Shown one piece after another: positions 23,787 to 26,359 of a stretch of 26,359 nt of DNA. The notes beneath the pieces were generated by a model. The model was not told the origin of the DNA and ran no database searches. It worked only from the letters and a program-made list of their open reading frames with translations. Made by a program: the position numbers and the translations under genes. Position 1 is the stretch's first letter. Each line of letters opens with the position of its first letter. Source of the stretch: a virus (taxonomy: Duplodnaviria > Caudoviricetes); the IMG/VR virus record IMGVR_UViG_3300042866_001666, positions 1-26,359 of that record. One strand, written 5' to 3'.

Positions 23787-24428
23787 ATGAATGGAAGCGT
23801 TGTAAATAAAGCTATTTGTCTGAACTTAAACGCAAATTGGCAGCCCGTCGGATTCAAGACGGTCAAAGATGCTATTATTGACCTCTGCGGCAGTGATAAC
23901 AACAAACCTACTTCTTTGGCTCTTGACATCGACTATGAACTTGATGAACACGGTGATCCAATCATGAGTGAAGCCAAAAGCATGAATCCAGTCAGTTGGT
24001 CAGAATGGATGTTGCTTCCTATTCGTAGTTGGGACTTGACTATTTCAAGTGTCAATCGAATTTATCGTGTTCCAACCGTCATTATTGCAACTAACTATTC
24101 AAAGATGCCGGTGAAATACTTTAAGGGCAAGCCAAGTAAAGACGCAATCTACAACCGGGATAACGGCATTTGTCAATATTCTGGAAAAAAGGTGGATCGT
24201 CACAGTGCAACTGTTGACCACATTGTTCCTCGTAGCAAAGGTGGTGCAGATAGTTGGACCAACTTGGTGTTGTGTTCAAAAGATATCAACAGCAAAAAGG
24301 GAAACAAAACCAACAGTGAAGCGGGATTGACTTTGTTGAAAGCTCCAATTGCGCCTCAGCCAATTCCGGTTTATGCTCTTATCAAAGAAGCAAAACACGA
24401 AGATTGGAAACATTTTTTGATGAGTTGA
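23787..24428 (+). CDS. HNH endonuclease (McrA-like)
   Basis: LNANWQP, VPTVI, IY.RD...CQYSG, TVDHIVPRSKGG..SWTNLV.C...N..KGN. Confidence 0.9.
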   Translation: MNGSVVNKAICLNLNANWQPVGFKTVKDAIIDLCGSDNNKPTSLALDIDYELDEHGDPIMSEAKSMNPVSWSEWMLLPIRSWDLTISSVNRIYRVPTVIIATNYSKMPVKYFKGKPSKDAIYNRDNGICQYSGKKVDRHSATVDHIVPRSKGGADSWTNLVLCSKDINSKKGNKTNSEAGLTLLKAPIAPQPIPVYALIKEAKHEDWKHFLMS

Positions 24429-24445
24429 TACAAATTTAAAAAAAC

Positions 24446-24484
24446 AAAAATCCAGATGATATTTATTTGTCATCTGGATTTTTT
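24446..24484. terminator. Intrinsic terminator-like hairpin, possibly bidirectional
   Basis: AAAAATCCAGATGA / TCATCTGGATTTTT perfect 14-bp inverted repeat with T tail. Confidence 0.8.
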
Positions 24485-24649
24485 ATGCTCAAATCACAAA
24501 CAATTATAGTGGACAATACTGAACTGGAATTGACTAGTGACTTGATTGAACGATACAAACATACCACACGTAAGAAGAGAGTAACCAAACGTGGAATCGA
24601 AAAATTCTATAATAAACTTATAGCATTGATGTTGTATAACGGTCAATAA
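24485..24649 (+). CDS. Hypothetical basic protein (54 aa)
   Basis: ATG 24485 directly after the hairpin; converges on the minus-strand GT. Confidence 0.6.
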   Translation: MLKSQTIIVDNTELELTSDLIERYKHTTRKKRVTKRGIEKFYNKLIALMLYNGQ

Positions 24650-25575
24650 AGTTCGTCAATATATCGTATACCCGAGACAAACTCGTTTGTGTCTTTTATG
24701 GCATGAAACGCGAACAAATCCTTTTTGTGTACTGGAAACACTGACGCATTTCCTACATACGGATAAGCATAATTATCAGGAGTCCAACGGTGAGTGTCGG
24801 GATAATCTGGATGTAAAGTAATTGAAATTGGGTTACGATAACTGTCCAATACATATTTTACACACTCTCCCAATGAAGTCCATACCATTGGACCGATGTA
24901 TTTATCATAACCATATAACCACATCAGTGCATTTGCTGCACCTTCATCTCCATACTGACACATTTCTAAATTTCCAAATTCATCACGTTTTACAAAAGCA
25001 TCAATGTATTCTTTGCTTTGAAGAAATGCAGTCCACGTTTTGATAAACGACAGACAGTTTCTATTAAAAAAGAAAAACCCCGCGTTCAACGATGGTACTG
25101 ATTGTAAGTTTCGTGATATACCCAAAATATTCAAGACTTTATCTAAAACCAAAGGTCTTCCTTCAATAAAATAATGATTTGGTGGATACTTACTCAACAA
25201 AGGATACGATGTACATTCACGTGACCATATATCAAACATCGAATCAATGTTTGGAGTGGGTAATACATCCGAATCCAAATATACAAATTCATCAAAGTCG
25301 GTTTTTTGAATTGCTAGTTGACATGCAATTGGTTTAAACGACATCAAATACATGTATCGTACACTTGTAGGTTTGTGCGGAGGAACATTAAAGTCGATTA
25401 CATAATCAATCGACATTGGAATTGATACCAAACGTTTGTTGGTAAACTTTACAGTTCCTTCCGAGTAACACAAAACAATGTCATAGGCAGAATATCTCAA
25501 CAAATAATCTACCAGTATTTGGACCTTATCAATATAACTCTGTCCTACTGCAAATAACAGATATGCTCTTTTCAA
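24643..25575 (-). CDS. GT-A fold glycosyltransferase (GT8-like)
   Basis: FKP, FVYLDSDV (DxD), NAGFFFF, GDEGAANAL, FH; TTG start 1 nt after the iscU stop. Confidence 0.75.
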   Translation of the reverse strand: MKRAYLLFAVGQSYIDKVQILVDYLLRYSAYDIVLCYSEGTVKFTNKRLVSIPMSIDYVIDFNVPPHKPTSVRYMYLMSFKPIACQLAIQKTDFDEFVYLDSDVLPTPNIDSMFDIWSRECTSYPLLSKYPPNHYFIEGRPLVLDKVLNILGISRNLQSVPSLNAGFFFFNRNCLSFIKTWTAFLQSKEYIDAFVKRDEFGNLEMCQYGDEGAANALMWLYGYDKYIGPMVWTSLGECVKYVLDSYRNPISITLHPDYPDTHRWTPDNYAYPYVGNASVFPVHKKDLFAFHAIKDTNEFVSGIRYIDELY

Positions 25576-25576
25576 G

Positions 25577-25981
25577 TTACTTTATTCCTTTTCTAGTACG
25601 ATAATCGTCTAAAGCTGCTTGTAATGCTTCATGAGCAAGTACACTGCAATGAATTTTAACAGGTGGAAGACCGCCAAGAGCATCAACAATGTTATCATTG
25701 TTGAAATTCTTTTCCAAGTCTGTTATTGATCGTCCTTTGATGAGTTCTGTGGCCATACTAGAAGCAGCAATAGCACTACCGCAGCCAAAAGTTTTAAATC
25801 TTGCGTCGGTAATTGTTCCAGATTGATCATCAATTTTTAGACTTATTTTCATGATATCACCACATGCAGCTGCACCAACTTCACCAACAGCATCTGCATT
25901 TTCAATGTCACCCATATTTCGTGGGTTCATGAAGTGATCCATTACGGTTTTGTTGTATAGTGTATAGGTTTCGTCATTCAT
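25577..25981 (-). CDS. iscU: Fe-S cluster scaffold protein IscU/NifU-N
   Basis: DHFMNPRN.G, CGD, FKTFGCGSAIA, LPPVKIHCSVLA. Confidence 0.95.
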   Translation of the reverse strand: MNDETYTLYNKTVMDHFMNPRNMGDIENADAVGEVGAAACGDIMKISLKIDDQSGTITDARFKTFGCGSAIAASSMATELIKGRSITDLEKNFNNDNIVDALGGLPPVKIHCSVLAHEALQAALDDYRTRKGIK

Positions 25982-25996
25982 ATCAAGTTATAAATA

Positions 25997-26359
25997 TTAC
26001 CTGATTGATCTATTCAGAAAAGCCCGACATTGATCAGCATGATCATGAGACACCATCTTTTGAACCAATTCTTTGAAAGATGTCTGTGGAGTCCAGTTAA
26101 AGTCGTTACGGAACTCTGTACTATCGCCCAACAACAGTTCAACTTCAGCAGGACGATAGAAATTGCTGTTGATACTAATCAACACATGGTTGGTATTGTT
26201 ATCAATGTATTTCTCATTGATGTCAGTTCCTTCCCAACGACCATTAATACGTAAACAAGCGAATGCCAGTTCAATAAACTCTTTGATCGTATGAGTTTCG
26301 TTACTAGACAACACATATTCTTTCAAAGACTCAATTGCTTTCGGACTATAAACAGGAAC
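25997..26359 (-). CDS. gmd: GDP-mannose 4,6-dehydratase, C-terminal part (5'-truncated)
   Basis: YVLSSNETHTIKEF..LAF, FYRPAEVELLLGDS, W.P..SF.ELV..MV..D; frame open to the window edge. Confidence 0.88.
   Translation of the reverse strand, partial: VPVYSPKAIESLKEYVLSSNETHTIKEFIELAFACLRINGRWEGTDINEKYIDNNTNHVLISINSNFYRPAEVELLLGDSTEFRNDFNWTPQTSFKELVQKMVSHDHADQCRAFLNRSIR

Noticed and set aside
1081-26254. Many alternative-frame and antisense ORFs in the track (e.g. 1081-1362, 11488-11880, 14246-14740, 17298-17759)
   Set aside because: They lie within well-supported genes and have no motifs or start signals; shadow ORFs.
1-26359. Stop-codon reassignment
   Set aside because: Genes are full length in the standard code, and TAA, TGA and TAG (e.g. 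3099-3101) all end genes at expected positions.
1-26359. tRNA or rRNA genes
   Set aside because: No intergenic gap shows a cloverleaf with a T-loop consensus; none recognised by eye.

Overview
AT-rich, densely coding window that reads as the accessory/metabolic region of a large dsDNA (jumbo, T4-like-style) bacteriophage. It uses the standard code, and I see no structural genes, tRNAs or CRISPR arrays. Most genes are on the + strand. Contents: (i) a carbamoyltransferase / 2OG-Fe(II) oxygenase / two-glycosyltransferase block, plus dispersed glycan-type genes (SAM methyltransferase, APS kinase, two more GTs, DUF3431, partial gmd); (ii) an RNA-repair set (two RNA ligases, a PNK-type kinase, a cyclic-phosphate receiver-like protein, two metallophosphoesterases, a nucleotidyltransferase); (iii) folA and thyA; (iv) a DUF262+HNH (GmrSD-like) protein, further nucleases, ClpP, IscU, a TraR/DksA-type zinc finger and a secreted EF-hand protein. 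Three patterns go beyond gene calls. (1) A full-length I-TevI-like GIY-YIG endonuclease is free-standing (no intron) and antisense at the 3' end of thyA. A second thyA C-terminus is stranded on its far side, and thyA has an atypical sequence at the classical I-TevI target. (2) Several single genes are bracketed by duplicated ends of their neighbours, the clearest being a 55-bp direct repeat around the methyltransferase. (3) A set of sigma70-type promoters has the -10 box 6-7 nt before the ATG, predicting leaderless mRNAs, including for both RNA ligases. All family assignments are by motif recognition only; no searches were run.
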